Source: an uncultured Acidobacteriota bacterium
GTDB taxonomy: Bacteria > Acidobacteriota > Terriglobia > Terriglobales > Acidobacteriaceae
NCBI GenBank assembly: GCA_963832785.1
Contig: CAWHVF010000011.1
Coordinates: 80 to 64,079 of the forward strand
Direction of reading: 5' to 3'
DNA: 64,000 nucleotides
In this document: piece after piece, positions 19,161 through 28,460 of the stretch
How positions within the stretch are numbered: position 1 is the stretch's first letter
Layout: the number at the start of each line of letters is the position of its first letter
Position numbers and translations under genes: made by a program
The notes under the pieces: model-generated
The model's database searches: none
What the model was told of the DNA's origin: nothing
What the model saw: only the letters and a program-made list of their open reading frames with translations

Positions 19161-19934
19161 AAAGAACCGGCCTCTCTCTCACCCCATCAGTCCGACTGCG
19201 ACACGCTGCGGCGCCTCACATGCGCGGAGTTCGAGGGGCATCGCTGGGGCTGGTGCCTGCCAGGATGCGCCATAAAGCCGGCGCGGCGTATTTCTCGGAT
19301 TTCATTCCCCGCGCAGGGCCGCTCACGCGAACTCGACGTGCGGCGCTAACTTAATTGTAGGCAATGCTAATAACCTCTCAGCACTTATTGCCGTGACAAC
19401 AATCACGGCCCAATGTGACTGGCCGGCAGCCCTTCAGGTGGTCCATGCCCCCGCCGCTTTTCCGTCCCGAACGAGCGGCAACTTGCTCCCAGGCACTCAG
19501 GTGATAGTTTTGCCCGGTCAGGCAACGTCTATCGGCGAGTGTGCCGACACAAAAGCGATATGACCGCCCCGCAGACCCCGAGCAGTTCCGCCAGAAATAG
19601 CGCCATGGCACCGCTTGGCCGGTTTAATTCGTAGTACCGGCACTTCAGGGTAGCCGGAACCAGGCACGACGTGGTTGTGACAATTATCACACTGACCAAG
19701 AGACGTGATAGAGGTCACAGTGTCGCCCGCCAATATGGATGCATGATGTCGTAGTCATCAACGCAATTTACTTATTGGTGATTTGATGTTCTTATTTGGC
19801 GGCTCCAGTTTGTATGGTAAGCGAAACCCGGGCTGCAGGCGGGCTTTTGTTCTGGGGGAAGGCGAAGCGTCCGCTTTCGCGCAAGTGGCCTCAGGACGCC
19901 TGTTGCAGGGCGACACTTGGACACCCGCCAGGCC

Positions 19935-19961
19935 GCCTCCGCGGCTACGGCGGAGGCTTTT
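19935..19961 (+). terminator. Terminator-like hairpin inside the aprB upstream region (possible attenuator or end of a small transcript)
   Basis: Perfect 8-bp GC-rich stem GCCTCCGC/GCGGAGGC (19935-19942 / 19950-19957) with a 7-nt loop, followed by TTTT. It lies about 135 nt upstream of the aprB start. Confidence 0.3.
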
Positions 19962-20096
19962 CCCCCGCAGTGATTCGTACTGCAATGGCGGCGCGCAAAG
20001 GCATGCAGGTGCGCCGTAAACCGCAACACGACTCCTCTCGAGTGTCTTAACCAGGGCCAGAATCTACATTCAGCAGTGTTGGCCTGGAGGTGACTA

Positions 20097-20540
20097 GTGC
20101 CAAGTTACGTAAATCCTGAGAAATGCGATGGGTGCAAAGCGCTGGACAAGACAGCCTGCCAGTACATTTGCCCCAACGATCTCATGGTCCTTGATAAACA
20201 ATCCATGAAGGCGTACAACCGCGACGCCTCCCTCTGCTGGGAGTGCTACAACTGCGTAAAGATTTGTCCGACGCAGGCGGTAGAGGTTCGCGGCTATGCA
20301 GATTTTGTCCCACTCGGTGCTTCGGCCACGCCTCTCCGGTCCACTGATTCGATCATTTGGACGATTAAGTTCCGGAACGGAAACCTGAAGCGCTTTAAGT
20401 TTCCCATTCGCACCACGCCTGAAGGCGCGGCTGCCCCCAGCGGCGGATACCAGACGCACACCGACCTCAACAGTCCCGCGCTGTCGGCCGAACCGGAAGC
20501 CTTGGGAGTTCCCGTGTTCACCCTGAAAGGAGGCAACTAA
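20097..20540 (+). CDS. aprB: Adenylylsulfate (APS) reductase beta subunit
   Basis: MPSYVNPEKCDGCKALDKTACQYICPNDLM...CWECYNCVKICP carries two [4Fe-4S] motifs, and a typical AprB C-terminal tail follows. GTG start. Confidence 0.95.
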   Translation: MPSYVNPEKCDGCKALDKTACQYICPNDLMVLDKQSMKAYNRDASLCWECYNCVKICPTQAVEVRGYADFVPLGASATPLRSTDSIIWTIKFRNGNLKRFKFPIRTTPEGAAAPSGGYQTHTDLNSPALSAEPEALGVPVFTLKGGN

Positions 20541-22459
20541 TGCCTAATTTCGAGACTGTCACTGTCGAAACCGATCTTCTCATTCTGGGCGGCGGCATGG
20601 CGGCCTGCGGGGCGGCGGTCGAAGCGGCATACTGGGCAAAAGAAAAAGGGCTGAAGGTTACCCTTGTTGACAAGGCGGCGGTTGACCGTTCCGGCGCCGT
20701 CTCCCAGGGCCTGTCGGCCATCAACCAGTACGTCGGCCTGAAAGACGGCGCCAACACCGTGAAGGACTACGTGGATTACGTCCGCAACGACCTGATGGGC
20801 GTCACCCGCGAAGACCTGGTGGCCAACATCGCGCGTCACGTGGACTCCACCGTGCACCTGTTCGAGAAGTGGGGTCTGCCCATTTGGAAGGACGAGAAGG
20901 GCGCCTACGTTCATGAGGGCCGCTGGCAGCTCATGATCAACGGCGAGTCCTACAAGGTAATAGTGGCGGAAGCCGCCAAGAACGCCCTGCTGCAGTCGGG
21001 TGTGGGGCAGATTTTCGAGCGCGTGTTCATCACCGGCCCGCTTATGGACGGCGACCGCTGCGCCGGCGCCGTGGGCTTCTCCGTGCGTGAAAACAAGGTG
21101 TACGTGTTCAAGGCCAAAGCCACTCTGCTGACGATGGGCGGCGCCGTGCACGTGTTCAAGCCGCGGAGTTCGGGCGAGGGCTTCGGCCGCGCCTGGTATC
21201 CGCCGTTCAACACCGGCTCCTCGGCCTACTTCACCCTGAAGGCCGGGGCGGAGATGACCTGCCAGGAAGTGCGCTTCATCCCTGTCCGCTTTAAGGATGC
21301 CTACGGACCGGTAGGCGCCTGGTTCCTGCTGTTCAAATCGCGCGCCACCAACGCCATGGGCGGCAACTACATGGTGGAGCGCAAGGAAGAGCTGGAGAAG
21401 TGGGGCCCCTACGGCCGGGTGAAGCCGATTCCGGCCAACCTGCGCAACTACCTCGGCATGCTCGACGTGCAGGAGGGCAAAGGCCCGCTGTACATGCGCA
21501 CCGAGGAAGCCATGGCGGCCATCGCCGCGCAGTACAAGGACGATCCCAAGGCGTATGCGAAGAAGAAGAGGGAACTGGAATCCGAGGCGTGGGAAGACTT
21601 CCTCGACATGACGATTTCGCAGGCCATCCTGTGGGCGGCCACGAACGTTCAGCCGGAAGAGAAGTCGTCCGAAATCGCGCCCTCCGAGCCGCTCTTCATC
21701 GGTTCGCACTCCGGCGCATCCGGCGCCTGGGTTAGCGGTCCCGAGGACCTGCAGACAAGCGAGACCAAGTCCCAGTACTTCTGGGGCTACTCCAACATGT
21801 CGACGGTCAAGGGCCTGTTCTGCGCGGGCGATGCCTCCGGCGCTTCGAGCCACAAGTTCTCTTCCGGCTCGCATGCCGAAGGCCGCATCGCCGCCAAGTC
21901 CGCCATCAAGTTCGTCGTTGAAAACAACGCCGCGCCCAAGGTGGACCAGGCCGCGCTGGATGCGCAGGTCAAGGAAATGCTGAAGCCGCTGGAGACCTAC
22001 GAGCAGTTCTCCAAGGCGACCAGCGATCCCGAGGTCAATCCCAACTACATTAAGGCGCGCATGTTCATGAATCGTCTGCAGAAGATCATGGACGAGTACG
22101 CCGGCGGCGTCACCTCGCAGTTCACCACCAACAAGCCCTCGCTGGAGCGCGCGTTGGAGCTGCTGAACTTCCTCCGCGAAGACTCGGAGAAGCTGGCGGC
22201 CAAGGACCTGAACGAGTTGATGCGGTGCTGGGAAAACATCCACCGGATGTGGCAGGCCGAGTCCCACGTGCGCACGGTGCTGTTCCGTGAAGAGACGCGT
22301 TGGCCCGGCTACTACTTCCGCGCCGATACGCCGAAGATCGACGAAGAAAAGTGGCACGTCTTCGCCAACTGCCGGCGCGACCCGAAGACCGGAGCCTGGG
22401 AACTTATCAAGCGGCCCATCCTCGCTGTCTTCAGCCAGAGCCAGAAGGCTGGCGCTTAG
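20540..22459 (+). CDS. aprA: Adenylylsulfate (APS) reductase alpha subunit (FAD)
   Basis: 639 aa with an N-terminal FAD fold (DLLILGGGMAACGAAVEA). Its start overlaps the aprB stop. The sequence has AprA character throughout. Confidence 0.95.
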   Translation: MPNFETVTVETDLLILGGGMAACGAAVEAAYWAKEKGLKVTLVDKAAVDRSGAVSQGLSAINQYVGLKDGANTVKDYVDYVRNDLMGVTREDLVANIARHVDSTVHLFEKWGLPIWKDEKGAYVHEGRWQLMINGESYKVIVAEAAKNALLQSGVGQIFERVFITGPLMDGDRCAGAVGFSVRENKVYVFKAKATLLTMGGAVHVFKPRSSGEGFGRAWYPPFNTGSSAYFTLKAGAEMTCQEVRFIPVRFKDAYGPVGAWFLLFKSRATNAMGGNYMVERKEELEKWGPYGRVKPIPANLRNYLGMLDVQEGKGPLYMRTEEAMAAIAAQYKDDPKAYAKKKRELESEAWEDFLDMTISQAILWAATNVQPEEKSSEIAPSEPLFIGSHSGASGAWVSGPEDLQTSETKSQYFWGYSNMSTVKGLFCAGDASGASSHKFSSGSHAEGRIAAKSAIKFVVENNAAPKVDQAALDAQVKEMLKPLETYEQFSKATSDPEVNPNYIKARMFMNRLQKIMDEYAGGVTSQFTTNKPSLERALELLNFLREDSEKLAAKDLNELMRCWENIHRMWQAESHVRTVLFREETRWPGYYFRADTPKIDEEKWHVFANCRRDPKTGAWELIKRPILAVFSQSQKAGA

Positions 22460-22521
22460 CAACTGACCGGGGCGGGGGCTGGCTGCCCCGCCCCGCTATT
22501 TTCGTTTGCCATAGAGGTTCC

Positions 22522-22869
22522 TTGAACGATCTAAGCAAAACACGTTGTCCACATTGTGGCGAGCCCTTGCAGAGGTGGAGCACCCCCCAGCTTGGCTCAT
22601 GGAGCAGCGAGTATCAGTGCGTCTGCTTCAACGACGAATGCCCTTATTTCGTGAGCGGCTGGAGATGGATGCTGGAGCAATACAATGTGACAGCCTCCTA
22701 CCGGTATCGATTCGATCCAGCCACGGGAGAAAGCGGTCCGCTTCCGGTGTGGTCCAAGCAGGCGCTGCGCGCCAACATTATCGAATCCGAGGTTGGAGGT
22801 CCAAGTCATGACCGAAGTCGAGTCGCTGGCACCCGAATTTCTGAAGAGCACGTCCCATCTGGGTCCTGA
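22522..22869 (+). CDS. Small zinc-ribbon-like Cys-rich protein of unknown function
   Basis: Likely TTG start at 22522 after AGAGG; the upstream part of ORF 22300-22869 overlaps aprA and is not credible. Sequence: LNDLSKTRCPHCGEPLQRW...EYQCVCFNDECPYFVSGWRWMLEQYNV. The 3' 62 nt overlap the next gene, so the true stop is uncertain. Confidence 0.55.
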   Translation: MNDLSKTRCPHCGEPLQRWSTPQLGSWSSEYQCVCFNDECPYFVSGWRWMLEQYNVTASYRYRFDPATGESGPLPVWSKQALRANIIESEVGGPSHDRSRVAGTRISEEHVPSGS

Positions 22870-23638
22870 CGACCGCTTTACGTTCGCTTGCGATCCCGCT
22901 CTGGATTGCTTCGGCAAGTGCTGTCACGATGTCTCCATCGCGCTGACCCCTTACGACGTCCTGCGCATGAAAAATGCGGTCGGGGCTGATTCCTCCGCTT
23001 TCCTGGACCGGCATACCTCGGTCGCCTACTCCACCGAGACCCGAGTGCCGGTGGTGTTCCTCAAGATGGAAGACGGCAGCAAGAAGTGTTCCCTGTTGGG
23101 CGAGCATGGTTGCCAGGTCTACGCGCACCGGCCCTGGGCCTGCCGCATGTATCCGCTGGGAATGGCCGAACCGGCCGACCCGCGCCAGTCGGCGCAAAGA
23201 TTTTACTTTGTGGTTAAAGAAGAGCTGTGTCACGGTCACGGCAAGGGCGGCGAATGCGCCGTGCGGGAGTTCATTCAGAGCCAGGGGATCGAGCCCTACG
23301 ACCTGATGCAGACCTCGTTTCGCAAGCTGCTGATGCTGGCGGCGGAGCGCAAGGAGCCGCTGAGCGACGATCAAGCCGCCATGTACTTCATGGCGCTTTA
23401 CGATCTGGACCGCTTCCGGCGCTTCGTCTTCGAGACGCGCTTCCTGGAGCTGTTCGATATCGACGAGTCGGTCGTGGAAGAGGTCCGCAGCAACGACGAA
23501 GAGCTGCTGGAGCTGGCAATCAAATGGCTGGCCTTCAGTTTGTTCCGCCAGCGTTCCATGAAACTGAGCAAGCAAGCGGCCCAGCAGCAGCCAGGCGACG
23601 TCCCCGCGCAGGGCCCGGCCGGAGCCTCGGCGAGCTAA
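22808..23638 (+). CDS. YkgJ/UPF0153-type cysteine-cluster (putative Fe-S or Zn) protein
   Basis: FACDPALDCFGKCCHD (C-x-C-x3-CC pattern) plus CSLLGEHGCQVYAHRPWACRMYP, typical of the CxxCxxCC family. GGAGGT SD lies before ATG at 22808. Its stop is 6 nt before qmoA. Confidence 0.7.
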   Translation: MTEVESLAPEFLKSTSHLGPDDRFTFACDPALDCFGKCCHDVSIALTPYDVLRMKNAVGADSSAFLDRHTSVAYSTETRVPVVFLKMEDGSKKCSLLGEHGCQVYAHRPWACRMYPLGMAEPADPRQSAQRFYFVVKEELCHGHGKGGECAVREFIQSQGIEPYDLMQTSFRKLLMLAAERKEPLSDDQAAMYFMALYDLDRFRRFVFETRFLELFDIDESVVEEVRSNDEELLELAIKWLAFSLFRQRSMKLSKQAAQQQPGDVPAQGPAGASAS

Positions 23639-23644
23639 AGGATT

Positions 23645-24955
23645 ATGTCAAATACTCAACCGGAAAACGGAAATCGCAAAGCATTGCTGGTGATCGGCGG
23701 AGGCATTGCCGGAATGACGGCGGCCATCGAGGCTGCCGAGGCGGGGCTCGCCGTCGTCCTGATCGAGAAGTCGACTTATCTGGGCGGCCAGGTGGCCCGG
23801 CTTCATCACTATTTCCCCAAGCTCTGCCCGCCGGCTTGCGGCCTGGAGATCAACTTCAAGCGCCTGCGCGGTAACCCGCGAATCACCGTACTGACGCTGG
23901 CCGAACTGCAAAAGCTGGAGGGGGCGCCGGGGAATTATCAGGCGACGGTGAAGATCGCGCCCCGCTTTGTGACCGCGGCATGCACCTCGTGCGGCGACTG
24001 CTCGGCGGCGTGCCCGGCGGAGCTGGCCGATCCCTTCGACTTCGGACTGGCCAAGATCAAGGCGGCGCATACGCGGCGGCTGTCGGCCTATCCGGCAACC
24101 TATGTCATAGAGCGCTCGGCCTGCGCCGTGGAGTGCAGCGCCTGCGTCACAGCCTGCAAGTACGGAGCCATCGATCTCACGCAGACAACCAGCTTCCAGA
24201 CATTTAATGTCGGGTCGGTGCTGGTGGCGACCGGATGGCAGCCGTACGACGCCACCAAGCTGGACAACCTCGGCTTCGGCAAGCACGCCAACGTGGTCAC
24301 CAACCTCATGTTCGAGCGCCTGGCCGCCCTCGACGGCCCCAACGGCGGCAAAGTGCTGCGGCCCTCCGACGGCAAGGAGCCGAAGTCGGTGGCCTTTGTG
24401 CAGTGCGCCGGCTCGCGCGACCACAACCATCTTCCCTACTGCTCCACTGTGTGCTGCTCGGCTTCACTGAAACAAGCCAGTTACGTGCGCAGCCTTTACC
24501 CCGAGGCCAAGGTCACCATCTTTTATATAGACCTGCGCACCTCCGGGCAGTTGCAGGAGTTCGCCACCAAGGTGTGCGCGGACACTGGCATCGAGTTGGT
24601 GAAGGGCAAGGTCGGCAAGATAGAAGAGGACCCGCCAAGCAAGAACCTGCAGCTCACCGTCGAAGACGTGCTCAATAGCAAAAAGATGACACGGGACTTC
24701 GACATGGCCGTCCTGGCCACCGGCATGGTGCCGCAGACCGGCGGCCTGCCGGCCGATTGCAAGCTCGACGAGTTTGGCTTTGTGGCCGACGGCACGGCCG
24801 GGATTTTCGCCTCCGGCTGCGCCAAGCGCCCCTCCGAGGTTGCCGGCTGCGTACGCGGCGCCACTGGAGCGGCGCTGAAGGCACTACAGATCGCGGGGTC
24901 CCCCACAGACCTCGCGTCTGTTGGGGCAGGGATGGGGGCCGCGAACAATGGCTAA
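23645..24955 (+). CDS. qmoA: Quinone-interacting membrane-bound oxidoreductase subunit A (HdrA-like flavoprotein)
   Basis: ALLVIGGGIAGMTAAIEAA FAD motif, HdrA-like Cys pattern (CSTVCC) and ferredoxin-like Cys motifs. It sits directly before qmoB/qmoC. Confidence 0.9.
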   Translation: MSNTQPENGNRKALLVIGGGIAGMTAAIEAAEAGLAVVLIEKSTYLGGQVARLHHYFPKLCPPACGLEINFKRLRGNPRITVLTLAELQKLEGAPGNYQATVKIAPRFVTAACTSCGDCSAACPAELADPFDFGLAKIKAAHTRRLSAYPATYVIERSACAVECSACVTACKYGAIDLTQTTSFQTFNVGSVLVATGWQPYDATKLDNLGFGKHANVVTNLMFERLAALDGPNGGKVLRPSDGKEPKSVAFVQCAGSRDHNHLPYCSTVCCSASLKQASYVRSLYPEAKVTIFYIDLRTSGQLQEFATKVCADTGIELVKGKVGKIEEDPPSKNLQLTVEDVLNSKKMTRDFDMAVLATGMVPQTGGLPADCKLDEFGFVADGTAGIFASGCAKRPSEVAGCVRGATGAALKALQIAGSPTDLASVGAGMGAANNG

Positions 24956-27200
24956 GAAAGTGGGGGTTTATATCTGCAGCGGTTGCTCCATTGGCGATGC
25001 CATGGATGTCGAAAAACTGGCCAAGCTGGCCCAGTCGGAGTGCAAAGCGGCCTCTGTCCACTGTCACTCGTTCCTGTGCGGTGACGAGGGCAAGGGCCTT
25101 ATTCGCGCCGATTTGACAAGCCGAACGGTCGATGCGGCCGTGATCGCCGCCTGCTCGCAGCGCGCCATGACCGCCAGCTTCGGCTTCGATCCTCCGGCCA
25201 TCGTCGAGCGCGTGAACTTGCGCGAGCAGGTTGCCTGGTCGCACGAAGCGCAGAACGAGGATTCGCAGGCGCTGGCCGAAGATTTGCTCCGCATGGGCAT
25301 CGTCAAGGCCGAGAAATCGGAGCCCCTGGAGCCGCTGGCGGAAGCCATCTCGCGTACCGTGCTGGTGGTCGGTGGCGGCGTGGCCGGCCTGAGCGCGGGA
25401 CTGGCGGCGGCCGAGGCAGGCTACGAGGTCGTGCTTGTCGAAAAGCAGGCGCGGCTCGGCGGCTTCCTGGGTGGGATGAAAAAGAGCTTTCCCACCACGG
25501 CTCCTTACACCGAAGCCTCTTCCGATGGAATAGCGGCCAAGGCCAGCGCGGCGGCTTCGCATCCGCGCATGAAGGTCTTCTGCTCGAGCCGGATCGTGAA
25601 GACCGAGGGCCAGCCGGGGATGTTCGACGTGACCCTGGAAACGCCGTCGGGAGCGTCGACGCTGCGGGTGGGCTCCATCATCCTGGCGAGCGGATGGAAG
25701 CCGTACGATGCCGCCAAGCTGGCGCCATTGGGCTACGGCCTTCCCAACGTGATCACCAACGTCGAATTCGAACAGATGGCCGCCGGCAAAGGCATTGCCC
25801 GGCCATCGGACGGCCAGCCGGTCAAGCGCGCACTGTTCGTGCAGTGCGCCGGTTCGCGCCAGGCGGAACACCTGTCCTATTGCTCTTCGGTCTGCTGCAT
25901 GACCACCCTCAAGCAAATGGAGGAGATCCGCGAGCAGAATCCGCAGGCGGAAATTTTCGTGGTCTACCGGGACATGATCACCCCGGGACCGTACGAGAAG
26001 TATTACCAGAAGCTGCAGGAGCAGCCGCTGAACTTCTTCATGAAGGGCAAGGTGACCGGAGTCGCCCCGGCGGCGGACGGGCGCGTGCAGGTGAGCCTCG
26101 ACAGCGAATTGCTGGGAGCGCCGATGCAGGCCGAAGTCGACCTGGTGGTGCTGGCCAGCGGCATGGTTCCCAATTCCGCCGACGGCCCGGCCATTCGCAC
26201 CTTGCGCGATGCCACGGCCAAGCTGGCGCGCAACGAGTCGGAAAGCCAGCGGCAGGAGGCGGAGAAGACCATCGAGCAATTCAAGCGCTATGAAGGAACG
26301 GAGATTCTCAACCTCACCTACCGCCAGGGGCCGGACCTGCCGGTGCTGCAGGACGGGTTTTCGGATTCGAAGTTCATCTGCTTCCCGTACGAAAGCCTGC
26401 GCACGGGCATCTACGCCGCCGGCACGGTGCGCGCGCCCATGGACGCCGCGCTGGCCGAGGAAGACGGCCTGGGAGCGGCGCTGAAGGCGATTCAGAGCAT
26501 CGAGCTGGCTTGCCAAGGCCAGGCCGTACATCCGCGCGCCGGCGATCTTTCCTATCCCAGCTTCTTCCTGCAGCGCTGCACGCAGTGCAAACGCTGCACC
26601 GAGGAATGCCCCTTCGGCTCCCTGGATGAAGACGAGAAGGGCACGCCGAAGTTCAACCCGTACCGCTGCCGCCGCTGCGGCATCTGCATGGGGGCCTGCC
26701 CGGAGAGGATCGTCTCCTTCAAGAATTACTCGGTGGACATGATCGCGGGCATGATCAAGGCCATCGAGGTGCCGGAGGAGTTCGAGGAGAAGCCGCGCGT
26801 GCTGGTGCTGGCCTGCGAGAACGACGCCTATCCGGCGCTCGACCTGGCGGGGCAGAACCGGCGGAAATACGATCCCTGCGTGCGCATAATCCCGCTGCGC
26901 TGCCTGGGCTCCATGAACATTGTGTGGATTGCCGACGCCTTGTCGCGCGGCATCGACGGCGTGCTGCTGCTGGGCTGCAAGTTTGGCGACGATTATCAGT
27001 GCCACTTCATGCGCGGCAGCGAACTGGCCAACCGGCGCCTGGAAAACGTGAAGGAAACCCTGGAGCGGCTGCGACTGGAATCGGAGCGCATCGCCCTGGT
27101 GCAGCTCGGCATGGACGAGTACCGCCGGCTGCCGGAGGTGATCGATCAATTCGTCGCCCGCGTCCGCGAACTGGGCCCGAACCCTTACAAGGGATTTTAG
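24948..27200 (+). CDS. qmoB: Qmo subunit B (HdrA-like flavoprotein with 2x[4Fe-4S] and MvhD-like C-terminal domain)
   Basis: MAKKVGVYICSGCSIG, VLVVGGGVAGLSAGLAAA, CTQCKRCTEECP and CRRCGICMGACP. The C-terminus (VLVLACENDAYPALD...IPLRCLGSMN...LLLGCKFGDDYQCHF) is MvhD-like. It overlaps the qmoA stop by 8 nt. Confidence 0.9.
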   Translation: MAKKVGVYICSGCSIGDAMDVEKLAKLAQSECKAASVHCHSFLCGDEGKGLIRADLTSRTVDAAVIAACSQRAMTASFGFDPPAIVERVNLREQVAWSHEAQNEDSQALAEDLLRMGIVKAEKSEPLEPLAEAISRTVLVVGGGVAGLSAGLAAAEAGYEVVLVEKQARLGGFLGGMKKSFPTTAPYTEASSDGIAAKASAAASHPRMKVFCSSRIVKTEGQPGMFDVTLETPSGASTLRVGSIILASGWKPYDAAKLAPLGYGLPNVITNVEFEQMAAGKGIARPSDGQPVKRALFVQCAGSRQAEHLSYCSSVCCMTTLKQMEEIREQNPQAEIFVVYRDMITPGPYEKYYQKLQEQPLNFFMKGKVTGVAPAADGRVQVSLDSELLGAPMQAEVDLVVLASGMVPNSADGPAIRTLRDATAKLARNESESQRQEAEKTIEQFKRYEGTEILNLTYRQGPDLPVLQDGFSDSKFICFPYESLRTGIYAAGTVRAPMDAALAEEDGLGAALKAIQSIELACQGQAVHPRAGDLSYPSFFLQRCTQCKRCTEECPFGSLDEDEKGTPKFNPYRCRRCGICMGACPERIVSFKNYSVDMIAGMIKAIEVPEEFEEKPRVLVLACENDAYPALDLAGQNRRKYDPCVRIIPLRCLGSMNIVWIADALSRGIDGVLLLGCKFGDDYQCHFMRGSELANRRLENVKETLERLRLESERIALVQLGMDEYRRLPEVIDQFVARVRELGPNPYKGF

Positions 27201-28382
27201 ATGGCTACACCTATTCTGATCGAACCCGACCGCGGACTGATCCGCGACGTCATGGAGGCCGGCGGAGCAGACGTCAAGAAATGCTTCCAGTGCGCCACCT
27301 GCACCTCGGTCTGTTCGCTCTCCACCGCCGATCACGCCTTCCCGCGCAAGCAGATGCTGATGGCCCAGTGGGGACTGAAGGAGCAGCTGACCGGAGATCC
27401 CGGGCCGTGGCTGTGCTTCTACTGCGGCGAGTGCTCCAAGACCTGCCCGCGCGAAGCCAACCCCGGCGAGACCATGATGGCTATCCGCCGCTACCTCACC
27501 GCCTGCTACGACTGGACAGGGCTGTCGCGGCTCATGTATCGCTCGGCGATTTGGGAGATCGGAGTGTTGGCGGTGGCGGCGGCCATAGTGGTGCTGTTCT
27601 TTACGGTGCCGGCCAACTTCGGGTTCGGGCTGCTGCGCCAGTCGCCGGTGGCCCTGTCGACGGTCATGCTGGACCAGTTTGCGCCCAAGCTGGTCGTGCA
27701 CCACGCCGACCAAGTGCTGGCCGTGCTGCTTAGCATTTGCCTGTTGCTAAACGCCGGGCGCATGTTCAGGGCGCTGACCCGCGGCGACAACATTCCGCTG
27801 CGTTTTTACCTGGCGCAAATCCCGGCCGTGATTGTCGAGGCGGTGACGCAGAAGCGCTGGCGAAACTGCGGCGGAGACGGCAGCCAGAACTGGCTGCGCC
27901 ACTTCCTCCTGGTTACCGGCTACGCCACCATATTTGGACTGGTGCTGCTGTTCCTGCCCTGGTTCCAGATTGAAGACAGCAGCTTTCACTGGACGAGCAT
28001 ACCGGGCTACTACTCGACGGTGGTTCTGCTGGGTACCACGGTATGGATCATTCTGGACCGGGTCAACCGCAAAACGGAAATGCACCGCTTCAGCGAGCTT
28101 TCCGACTGGCTGTTCCCGATCCTGCTGTTTCTTACCGGCCTGACCGGAATTTTGCTGCATCTGTTCCGGCTGTTGAACCAGCCGATGCCCACTTACGTCA
28201 CTTACACGGTACACCTGGCGGTGGCAGTGCCCATGCTGGTGGTGGAAGTGCCGTTCGGCAAGTGGGCTCACCTGCTGTACAGGCCGGTGGCGATTTATGT
28301 TGCCAGCGTAAAATCGGCGGCGCTGAAGGAGGGCTTGGTCTCCGTGGAGGCGCAGCCGGCCGGCGCTGGCGTCGGACGGTAA
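27201..28382 (+). CDS. qmoC: Qmo subunit C (HdrC-like Fe-S domain fused to HdrE/NarI-like membrane cytochrome b domain)
   Basis: CFQCATCTSVC and CFYCGECSKTCP are followed by about six hydrophobic helices. Its start is adjacent to the qmoB stop. Confidence 0.9.
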   Translation: MATPILIEPDRGLIRDVMEAGGADVKKCFQCATCTSVCSLSTADHAFPRKQMLMAQWGLKEQLTGDPGPWLCFYCGECSKTCPREANPGETMMAIRRYLTACYDWTGLSRLMYRSAIWEIGVLAVAAAIVVLFFTVPANFGFGLLRQSPVALSTVMLDQFAPKLVVHHADQVLAVLLSICLLLNAGRMFRALTRGDNIPLRFYLAQIPAVIVEAVTQKRWRNCGGDGSQNWLRHFLLVTGYATIFGLVLLFLPWFQIEDSSFHWTSIPGYYSTVVLLGTTVWIILDRVNRKTEMHRFSELSDWLFPILLFLTGLTGILLHLFRLLNQPMPTYVTYTVHLAVAVPMLVVEVPFGKWAHLLYRPVAIYVASVKSAALKEGLVSVEAQPAGAGVGR

Positions 28383-28460
28383 TTTGCAAGGCCGGTGCGG
28401 TTCAAACCGGTGATGTAGGGCTTGGCGAAGTTGGAATTACGTTTATATCAAGGAGAATTT

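Noticed and set aside
19965-19985. Shared 9-mer CAGTGATTC upstream of aprB (about 19968) and upstream of the dikinase gene (about 32349) as a common operator
   Set aside because: A single 9-mer shared twice in 64 kb on both strands is within chance expectation. The flanks do not align and there is no convincing palindrome.
20537-22462. 641-aa minus-strand ORF
   Set aside because: It is antisense to aprA. The same reasoning applies to the other long antisense ORFs: 10369-11961 (AOR), 13565-14863 (transketolase), 15509-17077 (ppk1), 28491-29738 (sat), 48545-49900 and 49983-51098.
22300-22521. N-terminal 74 codons of ORF 22300-22869
   Set aside because: They overlap the 3' end of aprA in another frame and are Arg/Pro-rich. 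A TTG with an SD at 22522, after the aprA stop, is the credible start.
24672-27713. 1013-aa minus-strand ORF, the longest in the track
   Set aside because: It is exactly antisense to qmoA/qmoB/qmoC, which have unambiguous motifs. Its translation is dominated by Arg/Gly/Ala/His/Gln and shows no domain pattern. This is the typical stop-free antisense frame of GC-rich coding DNA.
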